Positions 10,052-20,671 of a DNA stretch of 32,000 bases are shown one piece after another; the first letter of the stretch is position 1; every line of letters starts with the position of its first letter. The stretch comes from Prochlorococcus marinus subsp. pastoris str. CCMP1986 (GTDB lineage Bacteria; Cyanobacteriota; Cyanobacteriia; PCC-6307; Cyanobiaceae): contig NC_005072.1 of the NCBI RefSeq assembly GCF_000011465.1, positions 30,001 to 62,000 on the forward strand. The letters are read 5' to 3'. Under the pieces are notes generated by a model, which was not told where the DNA came from, did not search any database, and worked only from the letters and a program-made list of their open reading frames with translations. The translations under genes were made by a program, and so were the position numbers.

Positions 10052-10576
10052 TTATACTTTTAATTTTTTCATTTGTGATAGTCGTTGAAGTATATCTTCT
10101 ATTGTTTTTATATCCACTGGTTTACTAAATGAAGACAATAGCTGTCTGCCCAAAACTTGACTTCCTAAATGTACTAATTGAATTCTTAATGATGTTAATA
10201 ATTCTAATCCGACTCCACCAGAAAAAGTTGCAATTGCAATTGGCTGACCATTAAATAAATTTCTAAAATCATCTCCTGATACGGACAGCCATGCAATGAG
10301 ATTAGAAAGAATTGGAGGTATCGAACCGTTATATTCAGGAGCACATATAATCCATTTTTCTGTAGCAAAAAGCTTTTCTTTTATTTCAATTATTTCGACA
10401 GGAATATTTTCTTTTTTGTGAATTCGTGGATTGAATAACGGTACATCAAAAGTAGTAAGATCCAAAATTTCAGAATTGAATTTAAGTTCATTACTTTTTT
10501 CTTGAAATTTTTTTGAAAGTTCTAGATTTTTTCCACAACTTGCTGAAATGATTATTAGATCTTTTGAATTAGGCAT
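10052..10576 (-). CDS. NADPH-dependent FMN reductase family protein
   Basis: 174 aa. Flavodoxin-like fold with FATEKWIICAPEYNGSIPPILSNLIAWLS, the PEYNGSxP signature. Confidence 0.9.
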   Translation of the reverse strand: MPNSKDLIIISASCGKNLELSKKFQEKSNELKFNSEILDLTTFDVPLFNPRIHKKENIPVEIIEIKEKLFATEKWIICAPEYNGSIPPILSNLIAWLSVSGDDFRNLFNGQPIAIATFSGGVGLELLTSLRIQLVHLGSQVLGRQLLSSFSKPVDIKTIEDILQRLSQMKKLKV

Positions 10577-10594
10577 AAATAAAAATAATTTTGT

Positions 10595-12397
10595 TTAGTA
10601 GTTGGCTCCACTCTTACGGTGATGAACAGCAGTAAGACTATCGGATTTTAATATGTTGCCGTGTAAAACTTCAGCATATATTACCCAGTGATCTCCGCAT
10701 TCCATTCTTTCTTTTACAGAAGCATCTAACCATGCTAATGACTCAGGAATTATTACTTGATCATTAGGTGTTAATTCAATATCTAATCCCTCAAATCGAT
10801 CTTCCCCTGGTGAGAAAGGTTTTGTAAACCTTTTTAAAGGTTCCCTGAAATCTTTTTCGCTAAGAATATTCAAGGCGAAAGAGTCACCTTTTTGAAGAAG
10901 CGATTCCACTGATCTATCTTTTGCGACTGAAATACTCAATCCAGGAGGAGAAAAACTTGCTTGGCTTACCCAAGATGCAAGCATAGCTCCTTTTACATTA
11001 TTTTCATCTTTCCCTTTTGATGCAGTTAGAACACACAGTGAACCAAGTACTCTTCCTAAAGCTTGCAATGTTGGATCAGTTTTACTGGATATCATTCCGG
11101 TATCTGATTTTCTGATTTTTTGTTTTGCTTTTTTTAAAATTTTTCTTCCAAAATGAGTACCAATTTCTTCTAGTTCTTTAATTTTTGGTTTGTTAGGACT
11201 AAATTTTATTCTTATTGGATCAAAACTAAATGTAAATCCACCATCTTTTAATTTTGTCTCAAGCAAATCTATTGCTTCTCCGCTCCATCCAAAACTACCG
11301 AAGATGCCTACTGGTTTATCTCTATTACCCTCTGATAACAAAGTTCCTAGAGCACTTACTATTGGAGTTGGGGCGTGTCCCCCCAAAGTTGGCGATCCGA
11401 TTAGATATCCATCAGCGTTTTGAATAGATTTTATAAGTTCATCATTAGATGTAAATTCACAATTAATACTTTCAACTTCTACTGAAGTTCTATTTACACC
11501 TTTCGCTAATGCATCACCTATTGAGGCTGTATTGCCATAAGCACTAGCGTATATCAAGACGATTTTAGAATTGTTTGTTGAAAGATTTTCTCCCCATCTA
11601 ATGTAGTCATTTAAAAAGCTTTTTAAGCTGTACTCAATTGCTGGACCGTGAAGTGGAGCAATAGTTTTAATGTCTAATTCAGAAATTTTTTCAGCTATTG
11701 ATACGATTTGATTAGACATTGGTGCCATAAGACAATCATAAAAATGTTTTCTATTAATTTCTGTACTCATTCTGTTGGTTTCTGACCATTCTTCAGATGC
11801 TAAATGTGCAGAAAATATTTTTTCACTTAAAAGTATTTCTTGATTCTCTTCATATATGATTAATCCACCAGGCCACCGGGCAGTTGGTACAGGAATTAGT
11901 TTTAATGAAATATTTTCTAGTTCTAGATAAAGTTCTTTTTTTACGATGTTAATTACAGGTAATTCTCGCTCAATAAAAGTTTTTAAATTTGGATTTTTTT
12001 GATTCCAAAGTTCACTAATAAGCTTAAAACCAGGATTCGAACATGTGAGAGTTAAGTTGCTGAATTGGACACTGATTAACTTTATAGTTTCAATAATTTT
12101 AGGATTTACATGACCAGTAATAATGTTAATTTTGTTGAATTTAAACTCATCATGAAAATTTGAAATTACTTCATTAATTAATTTTGAATATTCTTTTTCA
12201 GGTGGATGAATAATGAAAAAATCATTATAACTTATGATTAAAAAGGTATTAAATGAAGTTCCTTTCTCAAGATTAAATTCGAGCTCAAACCTTTCTTTGT
12301 TTTGATCAAGAAATCTGATGCAAATAAAATTTTCAGTTATTTCAAATATTGATAAGTTTTTATTTTCTAAAAGTGAACTTGTATTAATTACTGACAT
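10595..12397 (-). CDS. flv1: Flavodiiron protein, Flv1-like (non-canonical metal site), with flavodoxin and flavin reductase domains
   Basis: 600 aa. Flavodoxin domain LIYASAYGNTASIGDALAKGV, C-terminal flavin reductase domain MLASWVSQASFSPPGLSISVAKDRS. The HxExDH region is replaced by TGHVNPKIIE. Confidence 0.88.
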   Translation of the reverse strand: MSVINTSSLLENKNLSIFEITENFICIRFLDQNKERFELEFNLEKGTSFNTFLIISYNDFFIIHPPEKEYSKLINEVISNFHDEFKFNKINIITGHVNPKIIETIKLISVQFSNLTLTCSNPGFKLISELWNQKNPNLKTFIERELPVINIVKKELYLELENISLKLIPVPTARWPGGLIIYEENQEILLSEKIFSAHLASEEWSETNRMSTEINRKHFYDCLMAPMSNQIVSIAEKISELDIKTIAPLHGPAIEYSLKSFLNDYIRWGENLSTNNSKIVLIYASAYGNTASIGDALAKGVNRTSVEVESINCEFTSNDELIKSIQNADGYLIGSPTLGGHAPTPIVSALGTLLSEGNRDKPVGIFGSFGWSGEAIDLLETKLKDGGFTFSFDPIRIKFSPNKPKIKELEEIGTHFGRKILKKAKQKIRKSDTGMISSKTDPTLQALGRVLGSLCVLTASKGKDENNVKGAMLASWVSQASFSPPGLSISVAKDRSVESLLQKGDSFALNILSEKDFREPLKRFTKPFSPGEDRFEGLDIELTPNDQVIIPESLAWLDASVKERMECGDHWVIYAEVLHGNILKSDSLTAVHHRKSGANY

Positions 12398-12414
12398 CTT
12401 TAAAGATTTATTTT

Positions 12415-14229
12415 TTAGTAGTGATTAGCAACTTTCCTATGATGAACGGCTGTTTTACAGGATAAATCAGAAACGCTTCCATTTTGAACTATACCGTAAA
12501 TAATCCAATGATCTGGAGTCTCTAATCGTGAACTTACTTTACAATCTAAAAATGCGAGAGAATCAGAAAGTACTGGTCCACCATTTGCGATATTGTTTAC
12601 TACATCTACATCAGCAAATCTATCTGCCCCAGGTGCAAATCTTTTTAAAAAATGTCTAAACATTTTTTGATAGTTATCTTCTCGTAAGATATTAACTACA
12701 AAACCTTCTCCAACTTGCATATAAGATTCAATAGCTCTATCTTTTGCTACTGCAACTGTAATGCCTGGCGGACTGAAACTTGCCTGACTAACCCAGCTTG
12801 CTACCATTGCGCTTTGTCTAAAAGTCGAACCTTCTCCTTGGCTAGCTGTAACTACATATAAACCTCCACTTAATCTCCCTAAAGCTTTATCAAGATTTGA
12901 ATCAAGGCTTTTCATTGAAGCAATATTTTTCTTCTTATTAATTAATTGTCCCAAGTCGGTTCCAGCTTCTTCAAATTGTTGATAGATAATAGGATCTGGA
13001 ATATTTTTAACTCTTAGAGGTGAAAAGGCTTCTTTTTGTCCTAATTCTCTCAACTTACTTGCTAATGAGTCTATCGGTTCATCATTTCCTCCAAAAGCAT
13101 CGTAAACTGCCGTAAATTGTTTAGGCTTTAATGCGGCAAAAAGAGTGCCAAGAGACTCTTTTAATTCATTATCAGACGTAACGGGCCAGGTTGGGATTAC
13201 TACGGCTTTAGATTCTGAAATTAAACCTGTTAATTCCTGAGAATCTGAAGATCTTAAATCAATTAATTGAACCTGTGCATCTGCCTTACTTATGCCGTGA
13301 GATATAGCTTGACTTAATCGATCACAATATCCATAATCACTGATGTAGCATACAGATACAAATTCATTGCCTTTACTCTTGTTACTACTCCACTCTGAAT
13401 ACTTTTCTTTCCAAAAATTTACTTGATTATGAAGCAATGGCCCATGACCCACAGCTATAGTTTTAAGTCTAGGTAACTTATCTATTCGTTTGATAGCTTG
13501 TAGAACACTTCGTGCGTTGGGGCCCATAAGGCAATCGTAATAAAAACGAAAATCTTCATAAATTTCTTTTTGATCATTATCAAAAAATTCATCAGAGCAA
13601 TAATGCAATCCAAAAGCATCGCATGTATATAAAACATTTGTACCGTGATCGTAGGAGAAAATGGTATCTGGCCAATGTAAATTTGGTGCACTTATAAATT
13701 CAATATTATGATTTACTCCACTTGTAGGGTTAGCTCCAAGATCTAAATATTGCCCACTTTTTACTTCTAAACTTTTAAATGGAATATGTATTTGATCTTC
13801 AATAAATTTAAGCGCTAATTTTGAACCAACTACTATTATTTGTGGATTAAGAGTTAAGAGTTTTCCAATTAAACCTGAGTGGTCGGGCTCTGTATGACTT
13901 GTAATTAAATAATCAATTTCTTCTGGATTTACTTCTCTAAGTAATTGCTCAAACCATAGTTTTTCAAATTTAGCGTGGCTTGTATCAATTATTGCTATTT
14001 TTTGGCCCTTAATGATAAAACTATTATAAGTAGTTCCATTTCTTAATCCAAATTCAATATCAAACCTACTTCGATCCCAGTCGAGAGATCTAATTGCAAT
14101 TGTGTCATCTGCAAAAACTTTCTGTTGCACAGATAATTTTTGCTCAACTTTATTCATTTCTGAAGAACTTGTTTTTGCAGAAGTTATCATACTATGATTC
14201 TTTTGTATTATGACTTTAGTTAAATACAA
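12415..14229 (-). CDS. flv3: Flavodiiron protein, Flv3-like (canonical di-iron ligands)
   Basis: 604 aa. Canonical di-iron motif ITSHTEPDHSG; flavodoxin domain; C-terminal flavin reductase domain MVASWVSQASFSPPGITVAVAKDRA. Confidence 0.9.
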   Translation of the reverse strand: MYLTKVIIQKNHSMITSAKTSSSEMNKVEQKLSVQQKVFADDTIAIRSLDWDRSRFDIEFGLRNGTTYNSFIIKGQKIAIIDTSHAKFEKLWFEQLLREVNPEEIDYLITSHTEPDHSGLIGKLLTLNPQIIVVGSKLALKFIEDQIHIPFKSLEVKSGQYLDLGANPTSGVNHNIEFISAPNLHWPDTIFSYDHGTNVLYTCDAFGLHYCSDEFFDNDQKEIYEDFRFYYDCLMGPNARSVLQAIKRIDKLPRLKTIAVGHGPLLHNQVNFWKEKYSEWSSNKSKGNEFVSVCYISDYGYCDRLSQAISHGISKADAQVQLIDLRSSDSQELTGLISESKAVVIPTWPVTSDNELKESLGTLFAALKPKQFTAVYDAFGGNDEPIDSLASKLRELGQKEAFSPLRVKNIPDPIIYQQFEEAGTDLGQLINKKKNIASMKSLDSNLDKALGRLSGGLYVVTASQGEGSTFRQSAMVASWVSQASFSPPGITVAVAKDRAIESYMQVGEGFVVNILREDNYQKMFRHFLKRFAPGADRFADVDVVNNIANGGPVLSDSLAFLDCKVSSRLETPDHWIIYGIVQNGSVSDLSCKTAVHHRKVANHY

Positions 14230-14304
14230 TATAAATCCGCGTGAATCTAAGTGTGGAATTACCGAATTTGTTTTTTTATTACTTCATTATTGATACTGAT
14301 ATAA

Positions 14305-16965
14305 ATGAAATCTCAAACTAAAAACACGCCAATTACAGGTGATGAAATAAGAAAAGAATTTTTAAATTTTTACCATGAAAAATTACATAAAATTATTCCA
14401 AGTGCATCTTTAATTCCTGATGATCCCACAGTTATGCTCACTATCGCTGGAATGCTGCCTTTTAAGCCAGTTTTTTTAGGATTGAAAGAAAGGCCATCAA
14501 AAAGAGCCACATCTAGTCAAAAGTGTATAAGAACAAACGATATTGAAAATGTTGGAGTTACTGCTCGACATCATACCTTCTTCGAGATGCTTGGTAATTT
14601 TTCTTTTGGAGATTATTTTAAGAAAGAGGCTATTGAGTGGGCTTGGGAATTAGTTACTGATATTTACGGACTTTCTGCTGAGAATATAATAGTGAGCGTG
14701 TTTCATGAAGATGATGATTCGGTAAAGATCTGGAAGGAAGATATCGGGATTCATCCAAAAAGGATAATTAAGCTTGGAGAAAAAGATAATTTCTGGTCTT
14801 CAGGAAAAACAGGTCCTTGCGGACCATGTTCAGAATTATATTTTGACTTTAAACCAGAAAAAGGTGTTCAGAATATTGATTTAGAAGATGGTGATCGTTT
14901 TATAGAATTTTATAATCTTGTATTTATGCAATATAACCGTGACCCTGATGGTCAATTGACAGATTTGAAATACAAAAATATTGATACTGGAATGGGGCTT
15001 GAAAGAATGGCTCAAATATTGCAAAAGAAGAAGAATAATTACGAAACAGATTTGATTTTCCCAATTATTCAAAAAGCTTCTGAGATCTCCAAAATTGATT
15101 ATTATTCTTCAGGTGAAAGAACCAAAATCTCTTTAAAAATTATTGGAGATCATATAAGAGCAGTTATACATTTAATTTCTGATGGGGTAATAGCAAGTAA
15201 TCTTGGGAGGGGATACATATTAAGAAGACTGATCCGAAGAATGGTTAGACATGGAAGATTGTTAGGCTTAAAAAATGAATTTTTATCGAAACTTGCAAGT
15301 GTAGGTATTAAATTAATGCAAGAGAATTATCCAGATTTAAAAAATAATTGTGACCATATATTGAGTGAGATAAAAATTGAAGAAATAAGATTTAGAGAAA
15401 CTCTTGAAAGAGGAGAGAAATTACTAGATGAATTGATTTCATCGGGTCAGAAAATGATTACTGGGTTTAAAGCATTTGAACTTTATGATACTTATGGCTT
15501 TCCATTAGAACTAACAGAAGAAATTGCTCAAGAAAACAATATTGGTGTTGATGTTAAGGGGTTTGACAAAGAAATGTCTGCACAAAAAGAAAGAGCCAAA
15601 GCTGCTTCTCAGATCATTGATTTGACATTAGAGGGTTCATTAGAACGCGAAATAGACTTATTTGATAAAACTCTTTTTAATGGTTATGATTCACTCGATT
15701 CAGATGCAGAAATTAAGGGTATATTTTTGGAATCAACCTTGGTTAAGCAAGCAAGTGAAGGGCAGAAAGTTTTAATTGTCCTTGATCAGACTTCTTTCTA
15801 TGGAGAATCTGGAGGTCAAGTTGGTGATATTGGAACGATATTATCGAATGATCTAGAGGTTGTAGTTGATAACGTCATACGAAAGAAAAACGTTTTTCTG
15901 CATTATGGAATAGTTAAAAAAGGGATATTAAGTCTGGGACAAAAAGTTAAAACTAAAGTAAATGATTTGGCTAGAGCTAAGGCTGCGGCAAATCATACTG
16001 CTACCCATTTATTGCAATCTGCTCTAAAAGTAGTTGTTAATGAAAGCGTTGGACAAAAAGGCTCATTAGTCGCATTTAATAAATTACGATTTGATTTCAA
16101 TTCTTCTAAACCTATTACAAAAGATCAAATTTTTAAAGTTGAGACCTTAGTTAATTCTTGGATTTTGGAAAATCATTCTCTTAATATTAAAAATATGGCC
16201 AAGAGTGAGGCTCTCGAGAGAGGTGCAGTGGCTATGTTTGGAGAGAAATATGATGATGAAGTAAGAGTTGTTGATGTGCCAAGTGTTTCGATGGAACTAT
16301 GCGGTGGAACTCATGTAAAAACAACATCTGAATTAGGATGTTTTAAAATAATTAGTGAAGAAGGAATTTCAGCGGGCGTAAGAAGAATTGAAGCATTGTC
16401 AGGGCAATCAGCTTTTGAATACTTTAGTGATAAAAATTCTCTCGTAAGTCAACTATGTGATTTGTTAAAAGCAAATCCTAATCAACTCCTGGATAGGGTT
16501 AATTCTTTGCAATCAGAGTTGATTAATAAAAATAAAGAAATACAAAAAATGAAGGATGAAATTGCTTATTTTAAATACTCTTCTCTAAGTTCTTCTGCAA
16601 ATAAAGTTGGATTATTTTCGCTGATTATTAGTCAACTTGATGGACTAGATGGAAATTCTCTACAATCTGCGGCATTAGATTTAACTTCTAAATTGGGAGA
16701 TAAGTCGGTTGTGATTCTTGGAGGAATACCAGATAAGGAAAATAGAAAATTGTTATTTGTTGTCTCTTTTGGGGAAGACTTAGTTAAAAGAGGTATGCAT
16801 GCAGGGAAATTAATTAATGATATTTCACGTATTTGCTCTGGGGGAGGGGGAGGTAAACCTAATTTTGCACAGGCAGGTGCTAAAGATATTGATAAATTAA
16901 ATGATGCTTTGGAATATGCAAGAAAAGATTTGAGGACAAAGCTCCATAGTTATTCTGATAAGTAA
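14305..16965 (+). CDS. alaS: Alanyl-tRNA synthetase
   Basis: 886 aa. [38 protein letters not shown]-type region ([23 protein letters not shown]), [24 protein letters not shown] and [15 protein letters not shown]. Confidence 0.98.
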   Translation: MKSQTKNTPITGDEIRKEFLNFYHEKLHKIIPSASLIPDDPTVMLTIAGMLPFKPVFLGLKERPSKRATSSQKCIRTNDIENVGVTARHHTFFEMLGNFSFGDYFKKEAIEWAWELVTDIYGLSAENIIVSVFHEDDDSVKIWKEDIGIHPKRIIKLGEKDNFWSSGKTGPCGPCSELYFDFKPEKGVQNIDLEDGDRFIEFYNLVFMQYNRDPDGQLTDLKYKNIDTGMGLERMAQILQKKKNNYETDLIFPIIQKASEISKIDYYSSGERTKISLKIIGDHIRAVIHLISDGVIASNLGRGYILRRLIRRMVRHGRLLGLKNEFLSKLASVGIKLMQENYPDLKNNCDHILSEIKIEEIRFRETLERGEKLLDELISSGQKMITGFKAFELYDTYGFPLELTEEIAQENNIGVDVKGFDKEMSAQKERAKAASQIIDLTLEGSLEREIDLFDKTLFNGYDSLDSDAEIKGIFLESTLVKQASEGQKVLIVLDQTSFYGESGGQVGDIGTILSNDLEVVVDNVIRKKNVFLHYGIVKKGILSLGQKVKTKVNDLARAKAAANHTATHLLQSALKVVVNESVGQKGSLVAFNKLRFDFNSSKPITKDQIFKVETLVNSWILENHSLNIKNMAKSEALERGAVAMFGEKYDDEVRVVDVPSVSMELCGGTHVKTTSELGCFKIISEEGISAGVRRIEALSGQSAFEYFSDKNSLVSQLCDLLKANPNQLLDRVNSLQSELINKNKEIQKMKDEIAYFKYSSLSSSANKVGLFSLIISQLDGLDGNSLQSAALDLTSKLGDKSVVILGGIPDKENRKLLFVVSFGEDLVKRGMHAGKLINDISRICSGGGGGKPNFAQAGAKDIDKLNDALEYARKDLRTKLHSYSDK

Positions 16966-18896
16966 CTACTTTTTCTTAAACTGGTTTCTATCTGGTCGAT
17001 TAACTTTCGTGCCTCTTGAATAGTTAAAGTTTTATTATTGATGGCAGATTCAGTATTGACTCTTATTGATTCAACTAAATTATCTGAACTGTAATCCAAT
17101 AACTCTAAAATTTCTGATTTGCTGTTTTCTTTAATAATGTTTTTAATTTTATAAGAATTATCTTCATTTATATCAATATGAATAACATTTGTATTTCCAA
17201 ATAAATTATGGAAATTCCCTAATGCCTCTTGATATGCCCCTGCCATAAAGATTCCTATTAGATAATCATTATTTTTTTCTGGAGGATGTAAATTTAAAAG
17301 TGATTTAATCTTTCCATTGTCAATAAAATTATTCAGCTTGCCATCAGAATCACAAGTTAAATCTGCAAAGTGTCCCTTACAAAAGGGCTCTTCTAAATGT
17401 CTATGAATTGGAATAATTGGAAAAACTTGATTAATTGCCCAGGTATCAGGAATAGATTTAAAAACTGACAAATTTGCGTAATATGTTGATGCAAGCGTGT
17501 CGGTTATTTCAGACAAATCTGGATGGATAATTTCATTATTCTCCAATTGATTTGCAATCTCTTTTGCACAAGCCCATGTAAGTTCTTCCGCATACGCACG
17601 TTCTTCCAAACAGATAAATCCCAGTCTAAAAGCGACTAAGCAATCCTCTTTAAATTTTTTAGCGTCATTCCATAATTCTATTATTTCAGATAAATCTTCT
17701 TTTTTATCTCTAAGATTTTTTATCTGATTAAGGGTTTCTATCAGATTTGTGATGATTAATGATTGTTTTTTTTGATCGGATACTTTGACTTGAGAGCTGA
17801 CATGACTTGTCCCTAAAATATTAAAAATTAAAACTGAACAATGACTGATTATCGCTCTACCACTTTCTGAGATTATGATTGGATGTTGAATATTATTTAC
17901 TTCACATGAATCTTTAACTGTTGCAATAACGTCATTTGCGTAGTTCTGAAGAGAATAATTTGTCGAAGTATTGGAAGACATTTTAGTTCCGTCGAAGTCT
18001 ATTCCTAAGCCGCCTCCAACATCTATGTATTTCATTGGTGCGCCTAACTTAGATAATTCAACAAATATTTGACTAGCTTCTTGTAATGCGTCTTTTATTA
18101 CTGATATATCACTGATTTGGCTTCCAACATGGAAATGCAGCAACATCATTTCATTTATTAGATTTGCTTCTTTGAGTTCTTTTATTGTTAGCATTATTTC
18201 TGGAATTGATAATCCAAATTTGGAATTATCTCCCACTGATTTACTCCACCTTCCACTACTTTTACTTGATAATTTTGATCTAATTCCAAGTATGGGGGTT
18301 GCTTTGAGATCTTTTACAGCTTCTATAATTCTTTTAACTTCATCTCTTTGTTCGATAACTATAATTGGATGTTTACCAAGTTTTCTGGCTAATATTGCAG
18401 TCTCAATATACTTTTTATCTTTATATCCATTACAAATTAAAAGTGATTTTTGATTTTCTAGGATTGATAACCCAATTAATAATTCTGATTTACTTCCTAC
18501 TTCTAAACCAAAATTCCAACGATCCCCATATTCAATGATTTTTTCCAATACATTTCTTTGCTGATTACATTTAATAGGGAAAACTCCTTTATAAATATTT
18601 TTATAGTCATAAGTTTCTATAGCTTGGGAGAAGGCATTATTTAATTCCGCAATTCGGTCTTTTAAAATGTCGTTGAATCTTATTATTAAGGGAGTATTGA
18701 TTTCTCTACTTTTAAATTCCTTAACAAGTTTAAAAAGATCGATTTTTTTTTGGGATTTGTTATCTGGGCTTATCGATATATTGCCCTCTGAATTAATTGA
18801 AAAATATTTTTCTCCCCATTTATCAATACCATACGTAGAAATACTATCTTCTATGGTCCATTTTTTATTTAACTTTTTTGTATCAAAATCGGTCAA
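16950..18896 (-). CDS. speA: Biosynthetic arginine decarboxylase
   Basis: 648 aa. [21 protein letters not shown] with the PLP-binding lysine region, [27 protein letters not shown] and [15 protein letters not shown]. Confidence 0.97.
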   Translation of the reverse strand: MTDFDTKKLNKKWTIEDSISTYGIDKWGEKYFSINSEGNISISPDNKSQKKIDLFKLVKEFKSREINTPLIIRFNDILKDRIAELNNAFSQAIETYDYKNIYKGVFPIKCNQQRNVLEKIIEYGDRWNFGLEVGSKSELLIGLSILENQKSLLICNGYKDKKYIETAILARKLGKHPIIVIEQRDEVKRIIEAVKDLKATPILGIRSKLSSKSSGRWSKSVGDNSKFGLSIPEIMLTIKELKEANLINEMMLLHFHVGSQISDISVIKDALQEASQIFVELSKLGAPMKYIDVGGGLGIDFDGTKMSSNTSTNYSLQNYANDVIATVKDSCEVNNIQHPIIISESGRAIISHCSVLIFNILGTSHVSSQVKVSDQKKQSLIITNLIETLNQIKNLRDKKEDLSEIIELWNDAKKFKEDCLVAFRLGFICLEERAYAEELTWACAKEIANQLENNEIIHPDLSEITDTLASTYYANLSVFKSIPDTWAINQVFPIIPIHRHLEEPFCKGHFADLTCDSDGKLNNFIDNGKIKSLLNLHPPEKNNDYLIGIFMAGAYQEALGNFHNLFGNTNVIHIDINEDNSYKIKNIIKENSKSEILELLDYSSDNLVESIRVNTESAINNKTLTIQEARKLIDQIETSLRKSSYLSE

Positions 18897-19016
18897 TTTT
18901 ATTTTTGTAATTTATATAAGTTTTTGAAAATTACTTAAACAATATCTTTTATTTTAATGATTACTTGCCAAGTTACCACCTAAAAGAAGAATATACATAA
19001 AGAGATTACTAATTAA

Positions 19017-19475
19017 ATGATCAAAGAGAGAACTTTTCTTGCAATTAAACCAGATGGAGTTCAGAGAGGATATGTTTCAGATATTATTGGAAGGTTTGAG
19101 AAAAAGGGCTTTAAATTGGTAGGTTTAAAACAATTAATTCCAACAAAGCAACTTGCTCAAGACCATTATGGGGTGCATAGAGAGAGACCTTTTTTTAAGG
19201 ATTTAGTCGAATTTATATCAAGTGGGCCTGTGGTTGCGATGATTTGGGAAGGAGAGGGGGTAATCTTAAGCGCAAGAAAATTAATTGGTGCTACAAAACC
19301 ACTTGAGGCTGAACCTGGCACTATAAGAGGAGATTTAGCTATTGATATAGGTAGAAATATAATTCATGGTTCAGATGGAGAAGAAACTGCAAAATTTGAG
19401 ATAAATTTATGGTTTAATCAGGATGAAATATGTGATTGGGAGACTTCTGATTCTGAATGGCGAGCAGAAAATTAA
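19017..19475 (+). CDS. ndk: Nucleoside diphosphate kinase
   Basis: 152 aa. [15 protein letters not shown] and the active-site signature NIIHGSDG. Confidence 0.98.
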   Translation: MIKERTFLAIKPDGVQRGYVSDIIGRFEKKGFKLVGLKQLIPTKQLAQDHYGVHRERPFFKDLVEFISSGPVVAMIWEGEGVILSARKLIGATKPLEAEPGTIRGDLAIDIGRNIIHGSDGEETAKFEINLWFNQDEICDWETSDSEWRAEN

Positions 19476-19481
19476 AGAAAT

Positions 19482-20591
19482 TTATACTTCAAATCTATTG
19501 AAACTAAATTTTTTAAGGAAAGTAGTTTCAATATTGTTGAGAGTTTTCTCTTGAATTAATTTGAACATAATATCGCTTGTAATTGCCGAAAAGAGTACTC
19601 CATTCCTGTAATGTCCGGTAGCTACATAAAGATTGACGATTTGAGTTTTTCCAATAATAGGCTTGAAGTCAGGTGTACAAGGCCTGAATCCCCACCAATG
19701 TTCCATTTGTGGCCAGTTTAATGCTTCTGGTAATAAAGATTTAATACCCTCCTGAAGTTGATTTATGCCCTTTGGTGTATTTCCTTGATTAAATTCGGCC
19801 TTATCTTCAACGGTTGCTCCAACAACTATAAGGCCATCGTCTCTAGGAACTAAGTAAGTATTAGGACCAAAAAGAACTCTTTTAATAGAATTTTCTGGAC
19901 CTTGTATTGAAAGCATTTGTCCCTTTACAGGAAAGATTGGTAAATTTTTTAAAACTTTTTTACTCCAAGCACCGCAGCATAAAATTACTTTTTCCCCCAA
20001 AATATTTTTTATTTCTCCAGTAGCGTTTAAAACTTTTGCACCAAGAATTTTATTTTGTTCTAAGATTAATTCTTTTACATCTGCTCCTTCTTGGAACTTG
20101 ACCCCATGCAAAGAACATGCACGCTCCAGAGCACGCATAAGCCTCCTTCTATTATCTATTTGGCCGTCTTGTTCAAAAAGTAATCCATGCTCCCAATTTG
20201 TATTTATTCCACTGATTTCTTTCTTTAGGTTTTTCTGATTTAAATATTTTCCATATTTATAAGTTTTGAATTTCTTCAATTTTTTTAAATTTTCAAACGG
20301 TACTACTATTCCACTTTTTTTTAAACCACAATCAATACCACTATCTTGTTCGATATTTTTAATCCATCCTGGAATTAAATTTTGACTTTGTTGTCCAAAT
20401 ATGAATAATTCATCTTCAAGTCCTTCAGCATGGGTGGCTAGCATTCCTGCTGCAACGAATCCAGCAGATTCGCTTCTGTTTTTGCTTAAAACTTCAACTT
20501 TAAATTTATTACGTGCAAATTCATAAGCAATAGATAAACCTATTAATCCTCCACCAATAATTAAGATTGTATTTTTAGTTTCTGATCGCAT
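19482..20591 (-). CDS. thiO: FAD-dependent glycine oxidase ThiO
   Basis: 369 aa. N-terminal GGGLIGLSIAYEFA dinucleotide-binding motif, FPVKGQMLSI, VGATVEDKAEFNQGNTPKG and WWGFRPCTPDFKPIIG, typical of ThiO. Confidence 0.9.
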   Translation of the reverse strand: MRSETKNTILIIGGGLIGLSIAYEFARNKFKVEVLSKNRSESAGFVAAGMLATHAEGLEDELFIFGQQSQNLIPGWIKNIEQDSGIDCGLKKSGIVVPFENLKKLKKFKTYKYGKYLNQKNLKKEISGINTNWEHGLLFEQDGQIDNRRRLMRALERACSLHGVKFQEGADVKELILEQNKILGAKVLNATGEIKNILGEKVILCCGAWSKKVLKNLPIFPVKGQMLSIQGPENSIKRVLFGPNTYLVPRDDGLIVVGATVEDKAEFNQGNTPKGINQLQEGIKSLLPEALNWPQMEHWWGFRPCTPDFKPIIGKTQIVNLYVATGHYRNGVLFSAITSDIMFKLIQEKTLNNIETTFLKKFSFNRFEV

Positions 20592-20671
20592 TTAATTATT
20601 TTTATAATTTAGATATGTTTTGATCCTCTTTTACCTTATATCCAATAAGATTAAGAGAGGAACATTTAATA

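Noticed and set aside
11190-11423. 77-aa ORF on + strand
   Set aside because: Antisense within the flavodoxin domain of the flv1-like gene.
13482-13691. 69-aa ORF on - strand
   Set aside because: Same strand but another frame inside the flv3-like gene, which is continuous and well supported.
14881-15072. 63-aa ORF on - strand
   Set aside because: Antisense within alaS.
16848-16860. G-rich run (ggggg-a-ggggg-type) considered as a G-quadruplex element
   Set aside because: It encodes the poly-glycine stretch of the AlaRS C-terminal [15 protein letters not shown] motif, so protein coding explains it.
18172-18927. Two + strand ORFs (93 and 86 aa)
   Set aside because: Both are antisense to, or run just past the start of, speA, with no independent support.
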